A stretch of 64,000 nucleotides of DNA from the NCBI RefSeq assembly GCF_009914755.1, contig NC_060925.1. One strand, given 5' to 3'. This DNA comes from the human T2T-CHM13v2.0 reference genome, Homo sapiens. The notes below the pieces were generated by a model. The model made no database searches. It saw only the letters and a program-made list of their open reading frames with translations, and was not told where the DNA came from. Positions 46,351 through 60,944 of the stretch are shown piece after piece (the first letter of the stretch is position 1; each line of letters begins with the position of its first letter). The position numbers and the translations under genes were made by a program.

Positions 46351-49058
46351 GAAAATAATATGCATGTCCTTCCCACATTATGCTTACAATATGAGATGTT
46401 TTACATAAGCACAATCCTTATAGGATGTGTCTCTGCCTTTAAAAGACATCTGAGAATTAGGTCAGGGGTACTGTAAAGGTCTAAGAAACATGCCCATCCT
46501 TTTGTAGTTTAGACTTGAGTCTAGAAAGTCAAAATTACTTCTCAAAGCACAAACTAATGCTCTAGCTGATAAAGAATGGTCCATCTTCCAGTGTGTCCCT
46601 TTTATGCATATTTCCTTACTGAGACTGCCAGGGCCACAGATCTTAGGGAAGATTCAATGACTTAGAGGACATCACAAGCCCTGATAGGGTCAGAAGTTCC
46701 AAGTCTCCACTTTGCCACTTATCCACCGAATATTCTTGAACGTGTCACCTCTCTGTGCATGACAGACTGTAAATGACTTTTAGATGGCTAATCCTCTGAT
46801 AGTGCTGACTCTGTGCCAGGCACTCTCCTGTGTATTAGCTCCTTTGAACATACAAACAACTGTCAGATTAGAAAAATGAGAAACCAATGAGGGTAAGTTT
46901 CACCAAAAATGACCATAAGAAAGAACTAGGTCTTAAGCTAATTCCTGAAGGACAGAAAATATATCTGCTTTGGATGTCTGCTTTGGATAAACAGATAAAA
47001 GCATTCCCAAAGCAATGACAGCAGAAATCCGTGATTAATAAACACACATTAAGTGCAGGGTGTCAGGTACCTGCTAATGCTGTGAGCATTCCAAACACAC
47101 AAATAAGGCATGATTCTTACTGGAAAGCAGTTTATAAATTTCACAGTCCAGATAGAAATACAGACAAGAAGACATTTAATCATTATGAGGGGCCAACTAT
47201 AACAAATATTATAAAAGAAACTCCACAAAATACATGAAATCAAGAGAAAACAGATTAATATTTTGTGAGACATTAGAGATTGTTTTATAGAACAGATGAT
47301 ATACAAATGAGAGATAAGCAAAATTTTGATTAATAGGAAAAATTTTAAGGATATTCCAAGCAGAAAGGTATGGTTGGTTCTATGAAAGAGCAAATAACTC
47401 AGAGACAGAAATGTATGTAGAACACATAGAAAAAAATGAAGAGTGTGTGCAAAAATATAGAGCTTCAATAGTATTATTTTAAGTCAAGTTAATTTACTTG
47501 GAAGTCTCATTTTAATGAAAAAAGATAAATGGTGAAAAAAATCCTCCTAGCAGTTCAGGTAGCTAGTCCTACTTTACAAATATCATTTTTTTTTTTGGTC
47601 AAATATTGTCTTTGTATATATGGAAGCATCTAGAGGGGAAACCCAAGACCTTGCTGAAATTTTCTTTATCTTCTCTCTTTCTCTAAATTGGCACATCATT
47701 AGTACTTCACTTTTAAGGAAACACACCTAGACATATTGATTCCACAGTAAAGCAAATTTATTCTTAAAGGACTAAAGTAAATACTATGGCTTTAATCAAC
47801 TAAGAAAACATATCCAACTTCCCCCTGCCCGGCAAGTACATTTGAGGCAGTGTAAGGTCTAAGTTTGAGCAGATGGATTTCAGTGCAAGTAATTATAAGC
47901 TGCAACATAATTTCCTTAAAACTACACACATACTAGACAAATACTTATTTGTGGTTATAGAGTGGGTAAAGTTACTATAAAAATAGTAGCACACCTTATA
48001 ATACTGCCATATGCCGTAATTTACCTTTGCCATATCTGAAGTGTCATATCTTGTTCCAGACTTAATATTTATTAACTAACAATTTAATGTACAAATCTCT
48101 AGCCTAAGCAACAGAATAATTAGTACAGGAGGGTCCCCCTTTTTACACACCAAAAATATATTCGACCATGCAAAATGCCTGAGGATTATATAGAAAAGGA
48201 AGGGAAGGGATCTTTAGTTATAAAAAATAAAGGGCAATTTTCAAATAACTTATGAATTAAGGAGTAAACAATGTAGACATGCAGAAGAGTAATAATAGAT
48301 CATAAATGGCAATAGACTTCTCTTATTAAAGTAAATGTCATGAAAATATCTTCAATTTGATGTACACATGTCCTCTGAAAATAGAATTAAAGCCAATTAT
48401 TGAAAAAATGCAGTGAAAGCCATCATACATTACATCCATTACAAGTGAATGAAATAACAGAATATGGCCAATCATTTGTGACTTATTCTTATGAAAAAAA
48501 TCAACTTTGGGGCAATTTCCCATCTATTATTTCACCATCCAAAACAAACTTCTTATTAAACAAAAACAACAATAAAACGGAAACTATCAACAAAAACATT
48601 TTCCTATGTTGATATAATTTGTTGTGCTGGTGGGGCTCATTAAATGAACCAGAGTCTCCCCAATATTCAGCTATTTTTTGGTAATTTCTTGAGAGTATTC
48701 CAATCCATTTGGGCTATTTATTTGAACCCACTGGACACCAGTTTACCACAGAGCAAAGAATAGGGTCCAGAATTCAGTTCACTTCAAAATATTAGAGGTC
48801 ATAAGACTGTCCTGGGGTAAAAGCAATTCTTGGTGGTTTATATGAAATCTATCAGTTAAGTCAGCAAAGGGAATATTTTATGAGCTTTTCTAAACTATAG
48901 CACAACCTAAAAATGTGTGGGGAATCATAGATGAGATTCACAACTTAGATAATATAAATCAGTACACACACAATCTATTCCCATTATTTCCTTAGTTTTT
49001 ATTGTTTCACATTTTATCATTCTAGTCAAAAGCTAGAAAAGGAAAATGCAAAACTTAC

Positions 49059-49260
49059 CTCCTATTACAAAATCTATCATCAAAGATATTATGCATGGAG
49101 AAAAAAAAAACACCCCAGAATGTTTTAAAATGGACCATGAGTAACACTGACACAAACCATTTCAGGAAGTTAGTAGAGTTAAAACTTCGTTGCCATGAAT
49201 TGAAGATGAGAGTTGTGGTGACATAGCCAACAAATGTACACAAATTCTCAGTAAGCATTA
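49059..49260 (-). other. Candidate exon (202 nt), predicted only
   Basis: Minus-strand acceptor ccattgtctttgctttacag and donor GAG|gtaagt; not in a recognisable repeat. Confidence 0.35.
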
Positions 49261-49738
49261 CTGTAAAGCAAAGACAATGGGGTAACAGCTAGATTTGGGA
49301 AGGCAGAGAATCAAGAAGGGAATTAGCCATTCTCCAAATCTGGATTGAAAAGAGATTTGGCATCAATATTGATCAAACTTAAAGATATGGAAGCAACTAT
49401 TTGATCAAGCTTAAATCTAAAATCATCTCTTTTCACTGTGAACTAAAATATCATTTATTGTAAGTTGGAGAGACAGTGAAACATGGTGGATGGGACACAG
49501 AAATATAATATAACTTCCATATAAAAATTCACTAAAATTATTACAAAGGAATGAAAAGCTGTTAATAAAAAGGCAAATAGAATGAGAAAATAAAACAGCA
49601 GACAAGTAATTAAAGAAACAACTTTATCATAAGAAACGTTAGGCAGGATTCTCAGAATGATGGTGAATAAAAATACAAGGACAATAGTTGTGCATAGTTT
49701 TAGAGATCAGTCCAGGTGGAATCAGGAGAGATAAAGTT

Positions 49739-49833
49739 TCCAGAAGTGATGATAATGTAGATTAAAGTAGATACATACAGTTATCCAGAAGTGATGATAA
49801 TGTAGATTAAAGAAAAGTAGATACATACAGTTA
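49739..49833 (+). repeat. 45/50-bp tandem duplication followed by (GATA/GACA)n
   Basis: TCCAGAAGTGATGATAATGTAGATTAAAG[AAAAG]TAGATACATACAGTTA twice; identical except the 5-nt indel. Confidence 0.93.
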
Positions 49834-50151
49834 AATAGATGATTGATAGACAGATAGATAGACAGATAGATGCACTGAGAGATTATTTAATGTGTTTGAC
49901 CATTTGGTCATTAGTTTTATGATTCTTTCCGAGTTGGAGGAAAATTACCAGTTAATACAAAGACACTTAAGCAAATGCAATAATGAAAGAATTACTAATT
50001 CTAGGAAAACTAAAAGCTACTCAAAGAAAAATGTCACTATTGTTCATCATGTGGTTTAGTTTTCATAATATTTACATACAGTTATGTAAACACTGAATAC
50101 TTATTTCAGCAAAAAATTGATACATTATATTGGGAGTATTGTGGAGGGGAA

Positions 50152-50176
50152 GTGTGTGTGTGTGTGTGTGTGTGTG
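50152..50176 (+). repeat. (GT)12 microsatellite
   Basis: Direct read. Confidence 0.9.
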
Positions 50177-50700
50177 CATGTGTGCACCCATGTATCATAC
50201 AGAGAGAGAGAAACAGTGTTTTAAAAACACATCGGATTGTACTGGAAAGCTAACTACTCATCTTTACAATAGGAAATCTGTAGAAGTCACCAATTTAAGT
50301 ATTAAGAAATAGCAGCAAAATATATTTATTTAGAATCAGTAGATGGAGACTAGTTTCTAGCCAAAAGTTAAAAGCACTCTTTTTGGATTGCAACTTGGGG
50401 TTGGGCTGTGGCCAGGGCAAGGTACTCCTATTTTCATTATAAGACTTTAGCTACAATCTGACTTATTAAACCATGTAAGTACATTAATTGAAACAATAAT
50501 GTAATTTTAAAAAGAGTGAAGAAGAGGTTTCAAAGCTTTAGAGGAGAATAGTTAGGGTTTTAAAGAGTTTTTAAGGATTAGAAAAATAAGAAAATACTTA
50601 CAAAATGGAAAAACACTACCCTGTTAGTTCTTAAAAATGGTCTTAATGTATATTTCCAACCATACTGACCACAGCTTCAAAAGGGTTCCTTAATATCCAA

Positions 50701-50791
50701 ACATGCATACCTGTGTAACAAACCTACATGTTCCGCAAATGTATCCCAGAACTTAAAGTAAAATTAAAAAACAAACAAACAAACAAATAAA
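50701..50791 (+). mobile_element. Very short L1PA 3' tip with (AAAC)n tail
   Basis: ATACCTGTGTAACAAACCTACATGTTCCGCAAATGTATCCCAGAACTTAAAGTAAAATT. Confidence 0.85.
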
Positions 50792-51563
50792 CCATTTACT
50801 CTGCCCAAAGATGCCCTCAGTCACTAGCATAAAATCATTCCTTCTCCATCTCCATCTGTCAAATTTCTGACAGTCACTCAAATCCTATCTTAATGCCACT
50901 TCATTTATTCCCCATCCTCAACCATTTAGAATATTTTACCATTGTGATGTCCACTGAACATTTCCCTCCCTTACTACATTTACTTAACCTCATTTTATAT
51001 TCTTTTGCAAATTCATTTCATTCTAAGTCACTTAAATCGTGAGTCTGTTATTCATTTTGCATAGCTTGCATTAACTGACAAACCATTTGAACACATATTA
51101 GTCACTTCATGGCTGTGTTAAATAAAATTGGAATTTGAGATGCAATCCTTCTCTGTTTTTAAAAGAAGTATCACGACCTTGCCTTTGTTTTTATCATCAC
51201 TAGTTTTAATTATTTAGACTAATACTACTGCTATGTATGACTACTACAGGTAACTTGGCTAAGAAACAAAATGAAATAGAGGATCTAAGTGTTTACATTT
51301 GGATATTTAATCTTAAAGTTCTTTTCATCAGAGATTTGGAGGTAATTAACATTTTATTTTGTTTCGAAATTGCATGTATAAGCATATGATGATGGCATAT
51401 AATAGCCATGAGTTTGACCACAAATCACCAATTAGAGGTTCTTATGGTTATAATTTTTTTGGGAAAACAATAAAAAGCAGACTGTAGCAATTGTTAAAAT
51501 TAAGAATACTGTCTATGGAAATAATAATAAAAGTCATTTAAAATAAAATAATTATTTGTTTTA

Positions 51564-51911
<348 letters not shown>

Positions 51912-52074
51912 CTAATACTTAAAGTGACTAATTTGAGTTATAATGCCATATCAGAAAAAAAGACAATTAATTATTGGGCACTTAGAATATTCCAGGTGAC
52001 ATCTAAGGTGTTTATATTAATTATCTTACATAATTCTCACAGAAACAATAGCAACAGATAGACATTAATAGTAT

Positions 52075-52285
52075 ACACATAGCACTAACTATGTGCTAAA
52101 CCCTCATCTAAGAGCTTTTCACACATACTAAGGCATCAAGCATCACAACAACTGTATGAACTGGGAACTATTATTATTTTCATTTTACAGTTGAAGAAAT
52201 TATACCACGGACAGGAAATAATTTCCTTATGGTCGTATAGCTGAAAAATTTAATACCAAGATTGAAATCCAGAATCTATGCATTA
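52075..52285 (-). mobile_element. MIR remnant
   Basis: AGCACT.ACTATGTGC..TCACAACAAC..TATGA..ACTATTATTATTTTCATTTTACAG.TGAAGAAA. Confidence 0.65.
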
Positions 52286-54303
52286 ACGGCTATATTTAAT
52301 AAGTGTTCTTAGCACTGTTATAATATAATATAATATTTTTAGATTTTAAAAATATTTTACTGAAACATAACATTATACAGAAAAGGGTGTAAATCATAAA
52401 TACACTGCCGGATATAATTAAGAAAGACATGAAAAGATAAGAAAGAGGAAAACAAAAGGTAATATTTTATATTTTAAGTCTGTGTTTTTTTCTACAATAA
52501 TTTGTATGATTTACCCTATGTTTACACATTTCTTTATCTATCATCAGAAGCTTTAAGAAATTTAAATCCTCCAATGCTCCTTTGTTCGGCCTTTTATATA
52601 AATTAGAAGGCAATATATTCTCAAACACAGACTTGTTTATTCTTCGACTAGTGTTCTTGCATTGGATAAAGTATACTTTTATAAGTATAATCCCACAATT
52701 CCTTTTTTAAAGTAATCTGTGATTTTTTAACTAAATATTATCTGTTCTGCACTACATGTTTTGCTGTGCAAGTAGGCAGTTGCCATGTGCAACTTCAATG
52801 GATTCTTTTTGATGCCCCAAAATAAATCAAATTATACAGCAAGCAGGGATATCACTAAAGTCTATGTAAATAAAGTTATAAAAAATTAAATGTAACCTGT
52901 CATTTTCCTTGTGACTATTGAAAGTGAAACCATTCATGTTGTTCCAAATAAAATTCCTGAGGGTCACAGTTTTTTCTGAGAGGGTGGTAACTAAGAATGA
53001 ACACTTTTTAGCAGGGAGAGAAAAGGCCTTTTGAAGACCTGATCAGGCTTATTCCCCATGATTCCTCTTTGCTTTACCATGTCCCAGACCTGCTCAGAAA
53101 GATTACAGAACTTTCTTTCATCAATCCATTCACTGCTGAGAGTAACTTCAAAGTGAATTGTCACAATAGCATGCAGTAGTCTGTAAGTATATAAAGCATA
53201 ACATGGAAGCTGCTCAGTGTGCGGCTTAAATAAGTTTTCAAACACAGAAGGTCAAATGCATAGTACCTCAAAAAGTTTTTGTTCTGTATTTTTTACTAAT
53301 CATAATATTATCTCTCAGAAAACCGGTTTTCAGGATTTTGGGGACTTACTTCTATAAATTTATGCTTATCTCCTGCAATTTCCAATCTGCCACCAACGTT
53401 TCTGGTAAATCCATTCTTCGTCAGCTCAATTTAGGATTTTTGCAATACTATCTCAATGAGTCTTTCTGCCTCAAAATTTTCTTCTCTTTGGTGCATTCTA
53501 TACAAGACTAATAAATAAATCTTCTGAAATCTACAAAGTGTATAATAGAGTCTTTGCTCAAAAAACTTCAGTTGTTTCCCAATGTCCAGAATGAACATTT
53601 TGAATACAATTTGAATACATCCATATTCTTTATCTTGAGAGGGGAAATTTGCCTGCTCGCCTAAAACAATCCTCCATTATTGTTAAACTGGTCAATATAC
53701 CATCCTCTGTTCCACTTCACCCCACACCCCCAAAACCTGCAAACTTTGATAATTTATCAAATGATTTAAATCTCATTAATTCTTTCAAGACTACTTCAAG
53801 TGTCAATTCTTACTGAACTTTTCTAAGAATGCCAGACATCAAAAATATTTTTATCCTCAGACATGTTGAAGGTTATTCCTTCTATTGCCCACTTATATGG
53901 TACCTAACAAATGTTGCTTTATACTGTCAATTGTATTTTTTATTTATGTTTTGTATATCTAAATAACTTAAAAATTCTTTCACAAAATGGTCTATGTCTT
54001 ACATGTTGTTATATCCTCGGCACACATCCCCAGAATTGAATTACTAAATGATAATTTAATAATGTTAATGATTATAATTGGTTTTCATTTAGTCTGTTTC
54101 TCATCCTTATAAAGGTGTTTAAGCCAAAGATGAAAACTATCCATTAGGAAAGTTTTAGAGTGAATCCATCATTATGTAGAGATTGACCAGATGACATCTA
54201 ACATCTATATTTCATCTAATAACCCATAATATTTCAAAATAATAAATCTAAGCTTCATACATGCTATATAACTTATCTTGTGCAATTTATTCAGTTAGAA
54301 AAT

Positions 54304-55135
54304 GTGGGCGAAGGATATGAACAGACACTTCTCAAAAGAAGACATTTATGCGGCCAACCAACATATGAAAAAAAGCTCATTGTCACTGGTCATTAGAGAA
54401 ATGCAAATCAAAACCACAGTGAGATACCTTCTCACACCAGTTAGAATGGCAATCATTAAAAAATCAGGAAACACCAGATGCTAGAGAGGATGTGCAGAAA
54501 TAGGCATGCTTTTACACTGTTGATGGGAGTGTAAATTAGTTCGACCATTGTAGAAGACAGTGTAGCGATTCCTCAAGGATCCAGAACCAGAAATACTATT
54601 TGACCCAGCAATCCCATTACTGGGTATATACCCAAAAGATTATAAATCATTCTACTATAAAAATACATGCACATGTATGTTTCTTGCAGCACTATTCACA
54701 ATAGCAAAGACTTGGAACCAACCCAAATGTCCATCAGTGATAGACTGAATAAAGAAAATGTGGCACATATACATCATGGAATACTATGCAGCCATAAAAA
54801 AGGATGAGTTCATGTCCTTTGCTGGGACATGGATGAAACTGGAATCCATCATTCCCAGAAAACTAACACAGGAACAGAAAACCAAACACTGCCATGTTCT
54901 CACTCATAAGTGGGAGTTGAACAATGAGAACACATGGACACAGGGAGGGGAACATCACACACTGGGGCCTGTTTTGGGTAGGTGGCTAGGGAAGGGATAG
55001 CATTAGGAGAAATACCTAATGTAGATGACAGGTTGATGTGTGCAGCAAACCACCATGGCATGTGTATACCTATGAAACCAACCTGCACGTTCTGCACATG
55101 TATCCCAGAACTTAAAGTATAATAATAAAAAAAAA
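54304..55135 (+). mobile_element. 5'-truncated L1PA (about PA7-PA8)
   Basis: [18 protein letters not shown]..; 3'UTR ending GTATCCCAGAACTTAAAGTATAATAATA; short TSD AAAATGT (54299-54305 / 55133-55139). Confidence 0.93.
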
Positions 55136-55708
55136 ATGTTCAGCCACTTCAATGAGTAAGCACAATAGAAAGAAGTGTAAGTCCAAATCACCAAGGAACT
55201 TGTAGTCTTATTGGAGACACAAGCTATACACACAAAAAATCTCCTCAATTAACAATAGCAATAATTTGTTAAGAAGTTTAACATGATGAAGAAACAAAAA
55301 GGCACTTAGCTATTCCTTGAAATTTTCTAATTCACTGAACATTACATCTTCATGGAAATAATGTTCCTGTCTATGAATTTGTTTTTGTATTTTTATGACC
55401 AGTATCTAACAATCTGTGAGCTCCCTTAAATAAATATTTCCATATCAATGAGATTTCTAACATTTATCATTGTATTTCCTACTGGAACCATCATATCTCA
55501 ATATCTTAAACACTGTACTAATACAAATATTCATTAACCTAAAATCTTGCATTTTTCTCTTATTCTTAAGATAAAGCACAACATTTTCATTAGTCTTATC
55601 ACTTCAAATTTTGCTATTTTAACTTTATTGATTATTACTGTTGAAATAATGGAAATTAATCTTTATTTCACTTGATTAATACATAAAATATTATATGAGT
55701 CCAGGTTG

Positions 55709-56013
55709 AATGAAATCATGTATTTTATAGCAACAAGGATGAAGCTAGAGGCCATTATCTTAAGTGAACTAACGTAGGAACAGAAAATCAAATACCATAT
55801 ATTATCAGTTGTAAGTGGAAGCTAAACATTGAGTACTCGTGTATTTGAGAGTGGGGCTAGGAGGAGAGAGAGGATGGAAAAACCACCTATCACATACCGT
55901 GCTTATTACCTGGGTAACAAAATAATCTGTACACCAAACTCCTATGACAAGCAATTTACCTGTATAACAAACCTGCACATGTACCTCTGAACCTAAAATA
56001 AAAGCAAACAAAA
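55709..56013 (+). mobile_element. Older L1PA (about PA15-16) 3' end with internal deletion
   Basis: AATGAAATCATGT..GAGGCCATTATCTTAAGTGAA..TTACCTGGGT.ACAAAATAATCTGTACACCAAAC..CCTCTGAACCTAAAATAAAAG. Confidence 0.85.
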
Positions 56014-56594
56014 TTATACCCTAGTAACATAGTTTTAAAATAAGGGAGGGGGCTCAAGTTTTTTATTTGGTGGTAATATTTCAAATATTTCGAATGTCTT
56101 TCCTTCCATGCAGCCTAAAATGGCCTACTTCTTAGTGGACTTACATTCATATTTAGATAATTCTTAAAAATGCAACATAATATTGAGATCAACTGACATC
56201 ACTGATGACATGTAATTGATTATGAATGTTTCATTTTATTTTTGTTTTGTTTGTGTGACTTGGTAAGCAAGGATTTGAAATATGAAATAAATACATTACC
56301 TTCTAAAGTAAAAGCTATGTTAAAAATATATGTTCTCAAGCTAATCTAGAGAAAAGATTTAATTCCCATTTTGGAAAACAAAAACTGAGGCTCAGAAAGA
56401 GGGGAAGCACGTTTATGTTAGTGTCTATCTTTTCTATACTTAGGAGTTGGTGAATAAATATTTATGAGATGAAACAAAAGGGAAACAAGTAAAAAAAAAA
56501 CTAAAGATAAAAAAGGAACGGAAAGGAAAAGCAAGAGGAAGGAAAGAAAGGAGGAAAGAAGGAAAAAAAGCAAGTAGGATGTTTACTAAGAAGG

Positions 56595-56860
56595 TAATGG
56601 TAGTTACTAAAAAACAGATAAGTTTCAAAATCTCAGTAGCTTACACAATAGAAAGAAGTCTATCTTTCTCTCATGTAAAAAGTCCCAAATAGATGTTCTT
56701 GATCAGCGAGAGGCTCTTCCTAGAGCTGATTCAAGAACACAGGCATTTTCCATGTAGTTCCTACCATCCTCAGCAAGTGGCTTCTGTGGGGAAGAGCATG
56801 AGGACAGTTTTCATGACACACTCCTGGATGTGGTACACATCACTTTGACCACATTTCAAC
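56595..56860 (-). mobile_element. MLT1I/J-like MaLR LTR remnant
   Basis: AAAATCTCAGTAGCTTACACAA..TTTCTCTCATGT..CCTGGATGTGGTACACATCACTTT..CCACATT. Confidence 0.5.
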
Positions 56861-59065
56861 ACGTTCAGTAAACAGCTATCCAGGATCTGCCATAGGAAGG
56901 ATGGAAGAACAGAAGTGAAATGAAGGAAAGGGAAAGAAAGAAAAAAGCCAACTTACCCAAAGACACACAGTTGATAGGCAACAGGTAAGATTTGAACCTA
57001 CACCTCTTGGATTCCCTTCATAACCCAAAGATTAGCTACAGTGTAGTTTGCTTCTTTTGAAAGCATCAGAAACAGTATGGGAAGATGACCGTTTAAAGAA
57101 AATAGATGTTTATCCCTGAATAAATGATAACAAACTCATCAATTTTCCATCTTTTTATTGCAGTAGTTGACATTATATATTTTATTTCAAATTCAATATT
57201 GGAATTAATAAATTTTGATTAAAATAACCAAGCGTATGTCTACCTCAAAAATAATCCAAAGAGCACTGAGTAGCATTCTCTTGTTCTGTTAGGTGCTGAC
57301 TCATACTCAAATAAGTAGTTGTCATATTTTTGACTGCATTTTTGAAAATCATGGGATGTAGGTTACATAACACTTAACACATATTTATTTAGGATGAAAT
57401 GTAACTTTAAAAATAAAAAGAGTGATTGGACACATGATGATCCTTAATCAAACCAAAGTATGTAGAATTTGAAGTCAGTTTTGAGCTTCAGATAATGAGT
57501 TTCCTATTTTATATGTTGCTATATAATAGTAGAAATAGAGTTGTTTTTTGTATCTGGGTCAAATATGACTAGAAGACCCACTGAGGCTGAAACAGAAACA
57601 ATTTTTTTAAGTCAGAATGAAAGAAAAGGAGTACCCCAAAACTCAAGTTTAACAACTCAGTTTGTAAAAGTAAAGATTCCTCTAGCAATAAATTTCAAGA
57701 TAATTGTCAAACATTTTCCCTTTTAGACAAATATTGAGTACATTAACAATGGCATGTTTATTTAGAAAACTGTTAGATCAATACAGCTCTTTATATAACA
57801 CTAAAATAATTTTTTACTAAATTCAATTACATACCTTATGAGAAGATAAAACATTACACTTCTATTCATTTTTTAAGGTAGACAACAATAAGATCACCTC
57901 TGTAACTTTTTGAGACTTATTTATAAAATATTTCTATAAAAATCTCATGATTGTATTATCTCAAATGGTATACTGTAAAAATCATTGCCCTATGCTGTGA
58001 AATAAATGTTGCAATTTCTCATACTAAATTAATATCATCTTAATATGAATGGATATGTTAACTGAAAAAATATGGATTAACCACTAAATGGATAAAGTCA
58101 GTCTTCTTTCTTTTGCCATTCTTTCTACCTTCTATTCTGTTCAAATCATTCTCTATTTCTTTGATCTGTCTTTTCTACCAGTAAAAATATTGCATATAGA
58201 CTTCAAACAAAAATGTTGCACAAACACACATTTGTGGAAGCATGATCCTGCAGCTAAACATTTTATATGCCTCTGAAATACTGACTGAAAAATTAGGATT
58301 AACCCATACCACAAAAGAGAAAAAGAGCCAAAATGGTAATTATTTTAACGTCAGAAAATAAAGTTGGTCATGATTATTACTGGAACACATTTAAAAGTGT
58401 GAGAGGAGATAAAAAAAATTGTAACAATTAAAAATAACTGTGGAGATTTAAAAAGAATATTAGTATACCATTATCATAATCAGATGTCAGAATAGTATTT
58501 GGTCATATAATATACACCATTTTTTATTATCAGTAAAGTTCAAAAGATTATGAAGATCAGAAAATTTGCTTAAGTAATTAAATTTGCTAAAAAGGACCAG
58601 TTTCACTCTAACTTATTTGTAATACTAAAGTTAATCTTTTTAGGGAAGTTTTCAGAATGTCTAAAGAAAGTAATTTTGTTTTTGAGATGTACAGTTAGCT
58701 GCCTGACACTAATATGTAAATATGCTGCCTAAATTGTCATGTTATATATATTGCCTTGTGCATAAAAAATGTCCGCTACCATTTCTTTCAGTGCATCTAT
58801 TTTCATTCTTATTGAAGACGATCACTTCTTATAAGCAATCACCCTTGTCCTCGGAAGCTTATGATCTAACAGTCTAACAGGGGAAAGAGAGAAGGAGAGA
58901 TAAAGAGAGAGATGAAAGGAGAAAGAGGGATGAAGAGAGAAAGGAATGGAGAGAGAGGGAGAAAAGATAATAGCATAAGGACATATAATAACAGAGGTTA
59001 AAAATTATTATTTTATAAATTAAAAGGAAGTAGCAATAAAATGACAATTTTAATAGACATATAGG

Positions 59066-59242
59066 CAAAATAAGCTATATAATTTGTGAGCTCCACTTTA
59101 AAATAAAAATACTGGGTCGTTTGTACAAAAACTCTTAAGAATTTCTAGAAGCAGTGGTACTTTAAACCAAGCTTGGGACTTTTCTGAGCAGGACCCCTGT
59201 GCGACTGCACGAGTCATGCATACATTCATGAAGTCAGCCCTG
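59066..59242 (-). mobile_element. MER91A-like hAT DNA transposon
   Basis: Reverse strand reads CAGGGCTGACTTCATG..GTGCAGTCGCACAGGG..GCTTGGTTTAA..GAAATTCTTAA..CACAAATTATATAGC; degenerate 8-bp TSD CATATAGG/TACATAGG. Confidence 0.8.
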
Positions 59243-59630
59243 TACATAGGACAGACATTTGTTGATAATCCTATATATTTTCATGAATCATACTATAGTA
59301 ATTATTCATCCAGACTTCATTCTCCTTCTGAATCCACAGTTTGTGAGAGTATCTTTCCCAGTGGATCACTCTCTGGGTATTATGGCCAAGCACTAACAGA
59401 CTGTAGTTTATCAGTTTGGGCAGAAAATAAATAATTAAAATTTAATAAGGAATCTCAGGTGTATTTGTTTAAATGGACTATATATGTCCCATTTATGCAT
59501 ATATATGTATAATTATAAATATAAATATATATAGTTTGAAAAACATTTTTTCTAGCAAATTATGTTAGCAACTTTTTACAAAGAATAAAACAAGCAGTAT
59601 TTATACACAGTTTGAATAATTTAGAATGGT

Positions 59631-59734
59631 CTTTTTATTTTATTTTTTGTAGAGATGGGGGTCTCATTATGTTGCCCAGGCTAGTCTCAAACTCCTGGGC
59701 TCAAGCCATCCTCCCACCTAGGCCTCTCAAAGTG
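59631..59734 (-). mobile_element. FLAM/AluJ left-arm fragment
   Basis: TTTGTAGAGATGGGGGTCTCATTATGTTGCCCAGGCT..CTCCTGGGCTCAAGC..CAAAGTG. Confidence 0.85.
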
Positions 59735-60944
59735 AGTGCTTTAACTTATAATCTCTCAGCTTTTATTTGTCTCATTTAAAAAATATATTGATTTCTATTA
59801 CATGTATTACTTAAAAAAAGAAATCAACAATTTAGACCAGGCTTTAATACCACATTTACTGAAAGATTTCCATATCATTGAAATCACTGGTGCTCTTTCT
59901 TTCCTCTAAACTGCTTAATCATTTGTTGCCTGCACACAGCATATTCTGCCTTCTATCACAATTATTGTCTTTTCTAGAATGTACACTCCTAGAAGCCATG
60001 AAACATGCCTTAAGTATTTTCTTAAAAGTCACAACCCCTAATGAGGTGTTTTAAGATGGTAGCAGCTCTGTATAGGTTTCTTGAGTGGACAATCCAATAA
60101 AAGTTTGGTTTAAAATGTTGTGTACTGTTTTTGTAAGGAAGATCAAGAAGATCAAATATAATTGTCAGTATACAGATAGCTGGTTGTGGTTGGGATACGA
60201 TGAAAAATGATTACTTTTGTTCAAAAAGATCAAATTTAGTTTGGCTTTCTAGAAATGCCAAACTGCAAAAATTAAAGTATTGCATTTCTCCCAATCTTTT
60301 TATATATCCTTAAGCTTTACTTTCAAATTATTTCTGCAGCAGAAGAAAAAGTAAGAAACGTTCTGTAATTATAGTAATTTATACAGAGCATTTTGGTAAA
60401 CAGAAGATCAACTTAAAATTAAACATTACTAATGTTTGCTTACATTTATATTTGCATATCCCATAATTTAATTATTTTGATATTTTATATTATTTTGTTA
60501 TTCTTACCTTTAAAAACAAGTATTTGACCTTCAATTTAGAGAATAAGAAAAAAGCAAGCAACCAATGCATAGTCTTTCTGAATACACATTTTGAAATGGA
60601 TATAAAATCGTAGTTCAATGATTCTATAAGTATTAATTTGTTCATTTATTCTTTCCTCCCTTCCTCTTGTCTTCTCTATTTCCTTTCTTTCTTATTTCTA
60701 TTCTTACATAATGATTTAATCCAAATGCCATTAATTAAATCTGTACAAGGTAGACATCTGTGAAGGGAGCGGCAATGGAAGAGGATAATATTCACACAAG
60801 GAGTTATTGTTGGCAGCCTGGCATGTAATGTCAGAGCCTGAAAGAGTTTCAGAGCACAACCAAATGGGGATGGTGAGGGTGGAAGGAGAATGGAGTGGCA
60901 ATCATGGCCATGGAAGTTTGGTTGCACATAGTGAGGCTTGATCA

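Larger units (their letters stand above)
49420..50510 (+). mobile_element. Old L1M (L1MC-like) 3' remnant
   Basis: TAATTCTAGGAAAACTAAAAG, AATATTTACATACAG..TGTAAACACTGAATA, TTTTCATTATAAG..TTTAG..ACAATCTGACTT resemble L1MC 3' ends. Confidence 0.5.

Noticed and set aside
58878-58970. Purine-only tract (also 56510-56570) as a triplex or regulatory element
   Set aside because: Degenerate GA-rich low-complexity sequence without clear mirror symmetry.
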